Source of the DNA: Azolla caroliniana | Lineage: Eukaryota; Plantae; Polypodiophyta | Assembly: GCA_043228905.1 (NCBI GenBank) | Contig: JBHGNT010000011.1 | Span: 9,424,001 to 9,488,000, forward strand | DNA length: 64,000 nucleotides | Direction of reading: 5' to 3' | Shown: positions 23,068 through 37,040 of the stretch, one piece after another | Layout: every line of letters starts with the position of its first letter | Numbering within the stretch: position 1 is the stretch's first letter | The notes under the pieces: generated by a model | What the model was told of the DNA's origin: nothing | Databases searched by the model: none | The model's input: the letters and a program-made list of their open reading frames with translations, nothing else | Program-made: the position numbers and the translations under genes

Positions 23068-26000
23068 TGTTGAGAAACAAGCTCAACAAAAGCATATGAT
23101 GCATATTGGTAAGTGAGATATTCTATAGTAGCTATTGGGAAATTAGCTACTATTAGGCATATAGGCAAAACAACTATTTAGCTGTGTACAACTAGTTAGC
23201 TACTCGCAGCTAATTAGCTGCATATATAAGTCACTTATAACTTTGGTAAAAAGTAAGAGAGTGAGATATAGAAGAGTAGTAAAACGTAGTAGTGAGTGAA
23301 GTAGAGAATAGAAAACTGACGAGAGCGAGTTGAGTCTGCGTGTAATGAAATTGAAGAACCTTTTTGGTTTGCTACTAAACGATCCAGCACATCACGATCC
23401 GTTGTGCACAAAGAAGAGCCGGAGCGCCTTCGTAACATGGTATCAAAGCAAAGTTGTTCGTAAATAGGAACAATACAGATTTGAGAAGTTTGTTTCTAGT
23501 TGCTGATCTGAATTAGAAAGTTGTCTGTGAAGTTAAGTGTAGGAAAAGCCCTAACTTGAAAGAAAGAATGGCTTCTGAGAATGGAAGACAAATAATCACA
23601 GCAAAATTGGACAAAAATAATTTACTTCAGAATGACAAATTTCCTGATGGGAAAAGGATACTGGGATTATATTGAAGGAGACCTAGAAGAGGCTCTAGAG
23701 ATCCCTGAAGAAAATGCAACTACTGCACAGATTAAAGCATTTAAGGAATGGAATCAAGGGGCAAGGAAAGTATTGCATTGGCTGTCACTTAGCATCTCAG
23801 ATTCCATGCTTGGACACATACAAGATGCTCTGTTTCTAAAAGAAGCTTGGGACAGTTTCGTAAAACTGTTTACAGTAAACCCAAAGGCTAGAAAGCTTCC
23901 GTTGAAGACTGAGCTAAATACCTTGGAAAAAGGTAAGGTGTCAATTAATGAGTATGCTCTGAAAATAAAGAGCATATGTGAGTCACTTACTTCTATTAAT
24001 GTGAAGGTAGAAGATGATGATAAGGTGGAAATATGCTTAAGAGGCTTAGGACCTCAATATAAAAGCTTCAAAACATCTATTCTCACAAGGGATAACATCC
24101 CAAGTTTTCCAAATCTAGTTTCAATGCATGTAGTGGAAGAAAGAAATCATATGGATAATGTAAACAAAGGAAACTCTGAGACTGAGGGGCAAACCCTCTA
24201 CAATAATGCTGGAAGAGGCTGAGGAAGAGGCCATGGAAGATTTGGTTCAGCTAGAACCAACAACAATCAAGGAAGAGGATAATAAGCTACAAGTGGAAGA
24301 AACAACACTAGAGGTAGGGGGAGCAATCGAGGCAAAGGTAAGCAAACCTATTTGAATGATGATGGCTGTTGGTATTGTGGAAAACCAGGCCATACACAAG
24401 CTAAATGCTATAAAAAGAAAAATGATGAAAAAAGAGGGAAGAGACAACAAAATAATTATGCTTCAACTAGTGAAGGAGATGGTGCATTTGTTATGCAACA
24501 TGAAACAACAACAATGGCTGAATGTTCACAGAGATATAATGAAGATTTTATGTGGTATGTAGATTCTGGGCATCTAATCATATGACAGGCCATGCAAATT
24601 AGTTTGAAAGTTTAACAGAACTAGCGATTCTTGGTTATGTACAAACAGGTGATAACACTACTCATACAATCGAGCATGTTGAAGATATCCCATTGTGGGA
24701 AGAAAAAGGAAAAACAAAGTATATGCTGAATGTGATGCATGTTCCAAACCTTGCAAAAAATCTGATTTCTGTTGGACAGATAATAGAGCGAGGAATGCAA
24801 GTTAAGTTTAAGCAAAGTGGATGCTTTATAGAGAAACAGGGAAATCTTATTGCAAAAGGAAAATGACAAGGAAGGATGTTTGTGCTAGATGTGGATATGC
24901 CTAAAAAGATTACAACCATGTTTGTAGAAGGAATGAGTGTAATCTCAGATGTGGAAATGTGGCATAAAAGAATTAGTCACATAAGTATGAAGACCTTGAA
25001 AAATATATTGAGGAAAAATGCAGTGCTTGGATTGCCTAAGTTGAAAGATTGTGAGATGAGCAAAATATGTGACACATGCCAATATGGAAAGCAAAACAGG
25101 TTACCTTTCCCTCATGAAAGACATGTAAGTAAAAATTTGTTGGATTTAGTACATAAAGATGTATGGGGACCAACAAAAAATGCATCAATTAGTGGATGTA
25201 GGTTTTATGTAACATTTATTGATGATTGCTCAAGGAAAACATGGGATTACTTCATGAAAGAAAAAAGTGAAGTATTTGATTACTTCCGTAAGTTTAAATG
25301 CATGGTAATAAAGTAGGTTGGAACTAGAATAAAATGTTTAAGATCTGATGGAGGAGGAGAATACTTCTCAAATGAATTTTCTGATTTTCTATGTAATGAA
25401 GGAATAAGGAGACAGTTTACATGTAGATATACTCCACAACAAAATGGAGTTGCTGAGAGAAAAAACAAAACTCTGGTGAACATAGCAAGAGCCATGATGA
25501 CTGAAAAAAATATGCCATTGTATTACTAGGTAGAAGCTGTAAACACAACAAACTTTATTCTAAATAGATGTATAATATTTGGAGTACATGAAGTAACTCC
25601 TGAAGAATGTTTCTATGGAAGGAAACCTAGTTTAGGACACTTAAAAGTGTTTGGATGCCTTGCCTATGTCCATGTACCTACTGAAGTAAGAAGTAAGCGT
25701 GATCCAAAAGCTGAAAAATGTGTTCTTGTTGGATATTGAGAGGAGCAAAAATGCTATAACCTATTAACAAAAAAGATTGTGGTAAGCCGTGATGTAATAT
25801 TTGATGAGTTGGGCAGCTAGTATAGCCCAAAAGGAAATGTAGAAACTGATGAAGACTGAAAATGAAGACAGAGAAAAATATGAAAATGGAAGAGATTGCC
25901 ATGGAAATGGAAGCAATGTTGGACAACAAAGTTCAACATCGATAGCATGTACTGGACCATATGGAAGCTTAGGTAGTAAATCTGATTCAAATGCATGGAG

Positions 26001-28309
26001 TGGAAAAAATGCAGGACACAAAAAATATGATGATAGAAAGGGAAAACAGAAGATGCCAGAATATGAAATGCTTGATGATGGATCTAGAAACATGGAAGAT
26101 GTAGATTCAGATACATCATTGGATGATGAGCTTGGTATACTAGCCTTGAAAAACCTTGGTATGGAAAAAGCAATGATAGATGCAAATCAGTAACTGAGAA
26201 GATCAGATAAAGAGAAAAAGACCGTTGAAAGATTTGGTTATGACACATATATGGCTATGCATTATGCATCCATGTCTAAAGTGGTACAAATCCCTGATCC
26301 AAATAGTTTTGATGAAGCAAAATTTGATAAGAAATGGGTGAATGCAATGCAAGAAGAAATAGATACATTGGCTGAAAATAGAACATGGGATTTGGTAAAA
26401 TTACCGAAAGAAAAAAATGTTGTAGGTTGCAAATGGGTCTACACAACAAAGCATGATTCAAATGAAAATATTAGTAGACATAAAGCAAGACTTGTTGCAA
26501 AGGGATATGCCCATATGCAAGGAATTGATTATGATGAAACATTTGCACCGGTTGCAAAGATGTCAACATTGAGGACACTACTTGCTGTAAGAGCAGCCAA
26601 AAGATGGGTTCTGCACCATATGGATGTAAAAAATGTTTTTTTACATGGTAACTTAGAAGAAGAAGTGTATATGTGTCAACCACCAAGTTTTGAAGATAAG
26701 AAGCATGCAAAATATGTTTGTAAGCTGAAAAAGGCTCTCTATGGACTGAAACAAGCACCGAGAGCATGGCATAAAGAACTTTCAGAATCTCTGAAAAAAA
26801 TTGCCTTCAGAATGTGAAAAGCTGATCCATCATTGTATGTAAAGAAGATGAATGATTGCATTGTTGTTATCTTAATTTATGTTGATGATTTAATCATCGG
26901 AGGTGATTCCATGGATGAAATAAACAAGCTGAAGAAAAATCTAGAAATGCAATTTTATATGAAGGATTTGGGAGAATTGAGATACTTTCTTGGTATTGAA
27001 ATGATCAGATCTGAAAGTGGTATATATATGTTGCAAAAACAGTATGCAACAATAATGTTGAAGAAGTATGATGCTTGGATGCAAACCTATTGATGTACCA
27101 CTGCATAAGAATTGCAAATTGAGGGCTAATTTGGGAGCCAAAATAGAAGATGTAAACATGTATAGGTCTATGGTCGGCAACCTCATATATTTGACTATAA
27201 CAAGACCTGATTTGAGTTATGCTGTTGGATTAGTCAGCCAGTTTAAGCAACAACCAACAAAGCCCCACTTGGACTGCATTAGAAGAATCTTGAGGTATGT
27301 AAAAGCTACTCAGAACTATGGACTGTTTTACGAGATTGATCTGGACATAAATCTGGAAGGATATACAAATGTTGATTCGGTTGGAAGCCAAATTGATAGA
27401 AGATCCACAAGTGGATATATGTTTACATTGGGAAGTGAAACTATTTCATGGAGTAGCAAGAAGCAAGCTACTTTTGCATTATCGAGTACTGAAGCTAAAT
27501 ATAGAGGAGTTGCAATAGCCACTTGTGAAGAGGTATGGATCAAAAGATTGCTTATTGATTTGGGTGAGTATATAGATGGTGCATTCACAATTTGGTGTGA
27601 CAATATGAGTAGCATTCAGCTCGCAAAAAACCCAGTGTTCTATGCAAGAACAAAGCACATTGAAGTGCATTATCACTTTGTTAGAGAAAAAGTGATTGAT
27701 GGTGAAGTAGATCTGTTGTATGTAAGCACAAATAAGCAAGTTGCTGATATTCTTACGAAGGGACTAAGCATAGAAAAACATACACAGTTTCGGGACATGA
27801 TGGGAGTAATAACCATTGGTATGACAGCTGAAAAGCATGAAGGAAAGAAGATTGAAGATGATCTCAAGAAAGGATAAGTTGAGCTTGAGAGGGAGCGTTG
27901 AGAAACAAGCTCAACAAAAGCATATGATGCATATTGGTAAGTGAGATCTTCTATAGTAGCTATTGGGAAATTAGCTCCTATTAGGCATATAGGCAAAACA
28001 ACTATTTAGTTGTCTACAACTACTTAACTACTCACGGCTAATTAGCTGCATATATAAGTCACTTATAACTTTGGTAAAAAGTAAAAGAGTGAGATATAGA
28101 AGAGTAGTAAAACGTAGTAGTGACTGAAGTAGAGAATAGAAAATTGACGAGAGCGAGTTGAGCTCTACGTGTAATGAAATAGAAGAAGCTTTTTGGTTTG
28201 CTAGACAGAGGTAAGTCTCCTTCCCTTCCCCTTTTTGTCTTGAGCACTAAATGATCCAACACATCACGATCTGTTGTGCACAAAGAAGAGCTGGAGCGCC
28301 TTCGTAACA
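23068..28309 (+). mobile_element. Full-length decayed Ty1/Copia element
   Basis: LTRs 23068-23437 and 27896-28309; TSD TAATT; PBS TGGTATCAAAGC at 23438; gag, CCHC, INT, RT (IYVDDL) and RNaseH with many stops and frameshifts. Confidence 0.95.
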
Positions 28310-28960
28310 TAATTCCTTATGTTTGCTTAATTAATTACTTAGACGCTAACATAAAGATACAAATATACAAAATCTTTTCTATTTTGGGGTGTCACACACA
28401 TGCATTAATAAAGGGCACAATGACTTGAGAGGAGATAGGATCAATTAAATTTAAGTACGTGTACAAAGTTGAAATACATACATCTATCCAAATACCATCA
28501 TTTGTCAGCAATGAGTAAACCGTTACATTGGAAGAATTTTCGTGAGAAGATCTACTAGATTATCATCTCATATGTATGCACTTTGACAAGCGCAATGCTC
28601 TTGTTGTCAAGTACATCTCCGATTAAGAGATACTTGCATAAAGTGGTATGTAACCTAGAGATCCAAGAGATTGCTCCTCCTATGAAAGTTGTTGAGAATC
28701 AAACTCAACTTCCCTAGTGTGGGAACAAACCTTAGTATACTCAAGTGTGTGAACACCCCACCTCCTAGTATAGTAACTAGTGTGTCATAGAACTTTAGGG
28801 TTCTAGTAGATAGTTAGGTCTCCACCTCTCTTGCAAGTGGTGGTTGTAGTAAGAGAACATAGAGAGAAGGTGACTACATAAGCACCTTCTCCTTCTCTTT
28901 GTAAATGTTGGTTGTCTTATTCTCTTGTCAATATAGTTTTTTGTTTTTTTGTATAACTTT

Positions 28961-29002
<42 letters not shown>

Positions 29003-29004
29003 AA

Positions 29005-29041
<37 letters not shown>

Positions 29042-30300
29042 CCACTTCACAGAATCACACCCGATTTGTTACATGGTATCAAAGCGCTTGGTAGCTTGAT
29101 CCAAGTCCATCCGCATGTATTGTGTCTAAGCCCACGTTCACGAAGAACAGGCCAATTGTTGCAGCAACAACCTACACAACTCGTATCAAGAGAAGAAGAA
29201 GAAGAAAATCCGCTTCATACAAATCGATCAACATGAATACTCAGATGGGAAACACTCTTCCCCCTGAGAAACTTGACAGAAACAATTTCGCATCTTGGGA
29301 ATGCAAGATGCACCAATACCTTGTCTGCCAAGGCTATTGGGGTTACATCAATGGAGCACAAGAAAATCAACCCAACTTGACACATGCCAACCACCCAACT
29401 TGGGAACAAGCGGTGAGTCACGTGTTGTACTGCCTTGCATGATGTGTTCATGATCACATGCTCGGCTATATCCGAGAGGCCAAAACACCGAAGGAGGCGT
29501 GAGGGAACCTTAAAAGGATATTCGTGACAAACACAACCACACAGAAACTTCAACTGTGATAAGAGTTGAACAATATCCAACAGAGGGATATGTCAATCAA
29601 TAGCTACACCATGAAGATCAAGGAGCTGCGCAACTTGCTTGGGTCGATCAATGTCAACATTGACGACGATGAAATGGTGCAAATATGCATCGGTGCCCTA
29701 GCACCCCAGTTTGGCGTAATAAGGTCGGCTGTCCTCCCGAGGGAGAATCCTCCCATCTTCTTCGATCTCTAGTTTATGTTGTTGTTTGAGGAAAACCATG
29801 TTCGAACGAGGAGCAATGTGCAAGAAGGACACATGCTCTAATTAAACTTGGATGGAGGAAGGGGACAAGGTCATGGAAGAAGAGGCCGATTCAGCCAACG
29901 CTAACATGACTAAGAACAACCCCGAGAACACAACTTCTACTACTGGTAAGACGCTTCAAATGCACGAGACAGAGCATTTGGTAGAACGGGGAGAGATCAA
30001 GCTGGATCCAGTTGATAAAAAAATTCAGTCCAATGCAGATATTGTGGGAAATTCAGCCACTACAAAGCAGAGTGTTGGAAAAATAAGAGTGAGTTGGCTT
30101 TCACAAGCCGACAACTTACCAAGTACACCTCAAATTCCAACTACAACGATCATGGCAGAATGTTCATGATGCGGCATAGAGAAAATTCAATGACGGCAAT
30201 ATGCCTGAAAAGCACTTCAAACTCAAAAAATGTATGGTTTGTCGACTCGAGTGCATCCAATCACATGATGTTTCATGCGGATTGGTTTCGACAACTACGA

Positions 30301-31268
30301 TGTCATGATATTTTTGCACCATGATGAGAAAATAACCTCTACCAAATTATATGAATTGATTCAAATATGTGTAAATGGTTCTTTAGCTAAGCGATAGCTA
30401 ATAACTTGATAAGAACACTTGCCATAGGATGATAATAGCTAGTTGAATCTACGATAAAACATAATATCGAGTAAAATATTTTAATGCTAAATACCTATTG
30501 TCAACACACTTGTTATTATCGCTATCAACTATTTTAGCTATTACCCACTTTTAAAGCTAAATGCCTATTATCAATACACTTGTTATTATCACTATTAGCT
30601 ATTTTAGCTATTAAAGCTATTACCCACTTTTAAAGCTAAATACCTATTTTCAACACACTTGTTATTATCAATATCAGCTATTTTAGCTATTAATGCTATT
30701 ACCCACTTTTTAAGCTAAATACTTATTCAAAGCACTTTTTTATCAAGTATTTTAAAACTATTAAAGCTATTATCCACTAATGTAGGTGCCTCTTATGCAT
30801 GGGTGACACTTGGCACTCATGCATTCACCTTCCTAATACATGGGTAACACTTGACACTCATGCACCCACTTTTTCATGCATGGGTGACATTTGGCACTCA
30901 TGCATCCACTTTTCTCATGCATGGGTGACACTTGGCACTCATGCATCCTCTTTTCTAATGCATGGGTGACACTTGGCACTCATGCATCCACTTTTCTAAT
31001 GCACCCACCTTCCTCATGTATAAAAAGGGGGGTGACTAATCTTATCAAGGGGGAAAATAAGAGTAGACAGGAAATACTATTGTAATAAGAGAGAAACAAG
31101 CTATATTCTTGTAAAAAAGATTAACAAGAAATACTTTGTAATCATCTTGATATATCAATACAACCTATTTTCGTTTCTCCTCTTTCTTTGACCAGAAGCT
31201 CGATGCTTACTTCACGGATTCACGATTTTCTTTTCCGTTTGCTCTCGTACGATGAGATCAACATCACA
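30301..31268 (+). mobile_element. Solo LTR with internal ~80-bp and ~41-bp tandem repeats
   Basis: TGT...ACA ends; 4-bp TSD ACGA (30297-30300, 31269-31272); the host reading frame RQLRKPE is restored on removal; TATAAAAA near 31019. Confidence 0.85.
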
Positions 31269-33311
31269 ACGAAAGCCCGAATGACCCAACTACATGGAAA
31301 CAGGGGATGACACAATTCACCCCATTCAACATGTCAGTAATGTCCCATTCAGAGAAGAGGGTAACCAAACCAACATCAAGAACGTCTTGTATGTTCCAAC
31401 AATAACAAAGAATCTGGTCTCGGTCGGCCAGATTGTGGAACAAGGCATGCAAGTTTGATTCAACGACGGAGGATGGTTCATCGAAAAGAAAGGCTGAATT
31501 ATCGCTCTCGGACGAAGAGAAGGCTGAATGTTCATCCGCGATTCTCATGAGATGAAATCGACAATGTTTGCCAAGGTCCATAAAGCCAAAGCTGACATAG
31601 AGCTATGGTAGAAAAGAATCGACCACATTAATCTCCAGAAGCTCAAAGGAATGCAGTCGTCATCGGACTCCCGACCTTTACCAAGAAGGAGATTACAGGT
31701 GTATGTGAGCTTAATAGTTCGGCAAACAACATTGTCAATTGTTCCAGAAAGAGAGGAATGTGAGAAAATGGATCCTAGATGTAATACATTAAGATGTATA
31801 TGGACCAGCCCAAACGACAACATTCGGTGGTTGTCAGTACTATGTGACGTTCATCAACGACTTCTCCAGGCACACCTGGATATGCCCAATATGGTAGAAG
31901 AGTGAACTATTTTCGCACTTCCAAATTTTTTAAAAGGAAGTTGAAAAGGCAACTTGTTGGCAAGTCAGATGCCTTTGATTAGACATCGGCAAGGAATATT
32001 TCTCCGATGCCTTTACAACATACCTTCGACAAGAAAGAATTCGGTGGAAGTTCACCTGCCGACACACACCTTAGCAGAATAGGGTAGCCAAATGAAAGAA
32101 CCGGAATATATTTGAAGTCGTAAGGTCAATGATGAATGAGAAACATCTACTGAAATCATACTGGGCTGAAGCGGCAAACATGGACATCTATCTAATGAAT
32201 CATTGCACAACATCTGGAGTGCACGATATCAACCCCCATGAGAAGTTCTATGGAAAGAAGCTGGACTTACCCCATGTCGGGATATTCGGCTATATTGTGT
32301 TCATACATATTCCCGACGAAAAGCGGCAAAAGCTCGATCCAAAATTGGAGAAGTGTATCCTCGTGGGGTACTCGCTCAAATAAAAAGGGTATAAGTGCTT
32401 CAACCCCTCTACCAAGAAGGTACAAGTGAGTAGGGATGTTGTATTCGACGAATCGGCATCCTGGTTCACAACCGACTCAACTCTATCTAATCCGATCGAA
32501 ACCAACTTTGATATAGATTCAAAAGAGGATGATCGACTAAGATTCACACTGCAAGAAAGTCCAATCTCAACCAGGTTGACTGGACCACAGGAGCCTCCGA
32601 GTGACCAAAGCACTTTGCGGCCGAGTCTGAAGTAGGACAAAGGGAAGGCCAAAATGCTTGAGTACAAAGATTCAGATGGAAACAAATCGGGTCACAATTC
32701 GACAGTGAGTATGGTGGATTGGATGTGCCTATCATGAGGACATCAGGAGATGAGAAAGCGTTCACAAAGACAAGTGAACAACCACGTCGGTCCACCCGAG
32801 AGAAGAACATCGTCAGCCGATTTGGCGACAATGACTATATGGCATATCAGTATGCATTCATGATGAAGGTGGCGACATTCCGAGAGCCGAAAACCTTTCC
32901 TGAAGCCACGAAGGACCCACGATGGGTCGAAGCAATGAATGAGGGGATGCAAGCACTCTCCAAAAGCAAGACGTGGGATCTCGTCCTCTCTTCACCCCAT
33001 AAAAAGGCAATCAAGTGCCAAAGGATATTCAAGGTGAAGCACAATGCCGACCACATCGTCAATTGGTATAAGGCCCGGCTTGTGGAAAAAGGGTATGTGC
33101 AGACACACGGGGTCTATTATGAAGAAACCTTTGCCCCGATGGAAAAGATGACAAACATCCGAATCATGATCACACTTGCAGCAACCATAGCGTGGCACCT
33201 CTACCAAATGGAGGTGAAGAACGCCTTTCTCCAAGGTGAGTTAGAAGAGGAGGTGTACATGGTTCAACCACCTGGAATCGAGTCGAGTACGCATCCAATT
33301 GCTATCTACGG

Positions 33312-33374
33312 TGTCGTGTTGCCACGCATTTCACGTGTAGAAAGAGACGGGACCACGGGGGCCTTGAACCGAGG

Positions 33375-33411
<37 letters not shown>

Positions 33412-36400
33412 CAGATACGCAGAAGCGAGAAGGAGAGAGAAAGAACAGAACACTTAATTACAATAACAGTCGATTACAAACTTTGACGGTTACAACCGGC
33501 AAGGCGGCGATGGACCCGACACGGGGACCCTACTCACCCACACAAATGGAACACATAGGACCCAGGAAAACGTAAAAGGGAGAGCCTCTACTGGCAGCGC
33601 ACGAGCTACCCACGAAGCAGAGGCGTCGAACTCCCAACACCCACAGAGAATGACGATCGGAGGAGGAGAGAGAGAGCTCGGCACTTGGTCCTGCAACACT
33701 TCGTCCTTGCTAACGCGCGATGCCCTTTTTCTCCCTTCTCTCCCTCCTTAAATAGTTCACCGAGGGGAGACCCTTCTCCCCTAGTCAAATCGCTTCATCC
33801 TCTGTCCCTTTCGACAGAGATACGCACAAAATCCCCTAATAAATGTGTACTACCGAGTATTTACATTAGCTGACCTAATTACGAATCATGTACAAAATAT
33901 CAATTCTCGCGTCCACCCATGTAAGAGCCGGTTCATGTGCCTTTTTCTCCGATTCCGCCTATGGCCAGTTTTCTTCACGACATCCAACCCAACCAAACTG
34001 CGCATCCATCGGCATGCGCCAGAGACGAGTAGATACCGAAGAAAACCGGCTTCACTCGTCGCTCTCCGATTCTTCGCCGGCTATAGTACAACCTCCGTTT
34101 TCGGAGAACCAAAACTTCCTACCTACTATACATGTGTGGGGTTCTTTCGGTATGTTCGGACTACCGCGGCCCCACACCTTGATAGCCCTCTCTAAAAATC
34201 CCTTCGGTTGTCGCCACCGAGGGTCTCACGATTCCTCTCATGGTTCGGACGTATGGTCACGAACTAGACGGAATGCCGACCGTCTTGGGTCTTGACGCGC
34301 GCATACGCCGAACCATTGTCCAGCACCTTCGTCTCCACGCGTGTTGCAGTAATGTATGGTTCGCCGAGAATCATCGGGTGCGAGGATGTTTCCTGCACGA
34401 AGAAATGTTGATCTATCTCGACGTCACCGATCTTTACGCGTACATTCGGGCACACACCATGCAACTCCTCCGTAGCACGTGTCGCCGCGCGTATCTTCCA
34501 CCCATGCTTGGTGTTGACCGGCCATTTACCCTTCTTGTAGAAATCCATGGACATCAGGTTGATTTCGAATCCATGGTCTACCAAGGTCACCACCGGTTCT
34601 GGAACGTCGCCGATCCGCATAGGGGTTTCCGTAGTTTCCCTGGCCCAATGCGGCTTCGTGTAGTGGCTTTCCGCCAACTTGTCTTCTAGGGCCGTGTCTT
34701 CTAAGTGCGTAGTCCACACCTCCACCAACTTCTCCGGTTCCGGCTCCGTCGAGAGCCTCTTCCGCTTCACCAAGTCTACGATGGAGTCGTGGAACTCCCT
34801 CTTGGCGATTCCTAGCACCTCCTGCAACGACAACTCCACTTTACTATCGAGGATCCGCCCTTCAAGGACCTTCCGTAGGTCCGTTGCTCTCTAGATTTCG
34901 GTGCTCAACTGAAACCCCGCTTGCTTCTTCCCATTCGGCGCGCCTGGGTTGCCGGCACCAGTCGGTTTCGGTCCGAACCGGGTCTCGTACATTTGCGGGG
35001 AACCGACCCCTCCGGCCTTTCCTGCCCGTTTGTCTTCCACCAGAATCTCGTAGTTCTGGCAAGCGGCTTCTACGAAGCCCGTTTTCTCTTCGATCGGATC
35101 GTCCCATCTGGTGACCTCCTGGACCCACTGTTCCGCGCGGTCCGCCTCTTCCTTCTTCAGTCGAACTCCGGAGAGGCCTTCTAGCACTAGCGGCTAGAAT
35201 CTGGAGTCCTTCGCCTTCCGGGTCTCATCACCCCCGACCCGAATTCCCGCCGACACCGAGTAGTTAACGACTTTTACATGCCGTGCCGCGGCCTCTTCCA
35301 TCAACCTCTTCATTCCGCTGCACCTTGTATTCAGTTCTAGGGCTCTCCGCGTCTCGCTTACGTGCACCCGCGCGTTCCAGAGGTACACCACGTTGGTCCT
35401 GAGTGCATCAGTGAAATCCGCGCAATCCTTCCGCATTGTGACTGATCGCGTCACACCACATGCACCGCTGCCCAGCCGGCGGCATCTGGTCGCGAGGTTG
35501 TTAACCACTGTCTCTCCAAGCCTGTGCGATCTACAGGTGGCGCACCATCTGTGTTAGCTCCTCCAGAGCTATTCCTCCGGATGGGCCTTTGACCATGTCG
35601 TTCGATGCTGACCCCGACTCCAGCCAAATTCGGGTCTCTTCCTTCCTACTGGCTGGCACCGATACTAGCTCCTCGAGCCTCCTCACCGGGACCGGTCCTG
35701 ACTCCTACGAGCTTTCGTCTCTCCACTCGCGCCGTTTGCAGACCCGTTTTACCACGGCCCAGTTTGCCGTGAGCCCTTCGTCCGTCTCCAATAGGGGACC
35801 CACCTTTTCCCTGTCGAGCGTGTCCACCGACTTGACAAACAATAGTACTCGACTCGTTTAGAGCACGGTCCGGTCCAACATCGACAGCCGCGCGAATCGT
35901 TTTTCGAACTCCTGGAGGAGCGCCAACGTGTTCCTCCCCTTTCCGGGGCTTTCCACCCACGCCATGAAGTCCCGCCTCGACAGCCGAAGCGAGTCATCAA
36001 ACCTGTACTTCTTGAGGAGCTGTAGCTTGAACTCCTCCCAAGTCGGGCATCCGGCCAGCACCTCGAGCACCTCTGCGTGGATGCTCGGCGTCACCACCCG
36101 AGGGAATCGAATCCGGACAGCCGCCTGTCCACCGGGATATCCCTCATGATCATTTCGGCCCGGTAAGCCTCCAAATAAGTTGTGGGATTCTTCCCACCGA
36201 ATTGTCCTATGCTGCCGACGATCGATTCAATGGCTTTGTTGAGGGTACCCGTCCCCTCGCGAGCGCTCACCAGCCGGTCGACGGCTACCACCATTGCCTC
36301 TGCTAGCTCCGATCCCCTCATCTTCCGACTCCTTTGCCTCTTGTTCACGTCGGGTTCACCAAATATGTCGTGTTTCCACGCACTTCGCATGTAGAAAGAG

Positions 36401-37040
36401 GCGGAACCACGGGGGCCTTGAACTGAGGAGCGAGAGAGAGAGAGAGAGATTTGCAGATACGCAGAAGCGAGAAGGAGAGAGAAAGAATGGAACACTTAAT
36501 TACAATAACAGTCGATTACAATATCAAGAGATTACAAACTCTGACGGTTACAACCGGCAAGGCGGCGATGGACTCGACACGGGAACCCTACTCACGCACA
36601 CAGATGGAACACATAGGACCCAGGAAAACGTAAAAGGGAGAGCCTCTGCTGGCAGCGCACGGGCTAGCCACGAAGCAGAGGCGTCGAACTCCCAACACCC
36701 ACAGAGAATGACGATCGGAGGAGGAGAGAGAGAGCTTGGCACTCGGTCCTGCAACACTTCATCCTTGCTAACACGCGATGCCCTTTTTCTCCGTTGTCTC
36801 CCTCCTTAAATAGTTCGCCGAGGGGAGACTCTTCTCCCCTAGTCAAATCGCTTCATCCTTTTTCCCTTTCGACAGAGATACGCACAAAATCCCCTAATAA
36901 ATGTGTACTACCTAGTATTTACATTAGCCGATCTAATTACGAATCATGTACAAAATATCAATTCTCGTGTCCACCCATGTAAGAGTTGGTTCATGCGCCT
37001 TTTTCTCCGATTCTGCCTATGGCCGGTTTTCTTCACGACA
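33312..37040 (-). mobile_element. Non-autonomous non-chromovirus Gypsy (gag and protease only), tRNA-Trp primed
   Basis: LTRs 33312-33982 and 36366-37040; TSD ACGG; PBS 36344-36361 TTCACGTCGGGTTCACCA equals the 3' end of plant tRNA-Trp as I recall it; protease LVDHGFEINLMS; no RT or INT. Confidence 0.92.

Noticed and set aside
22860-28689. Possible exon remnants flanking the 23068 Copia (donor-like near 23030, acceptor-like near 28508)
   Set aside because: No recognisable protein in any frame and several stops; cannot support a pseudogene call.
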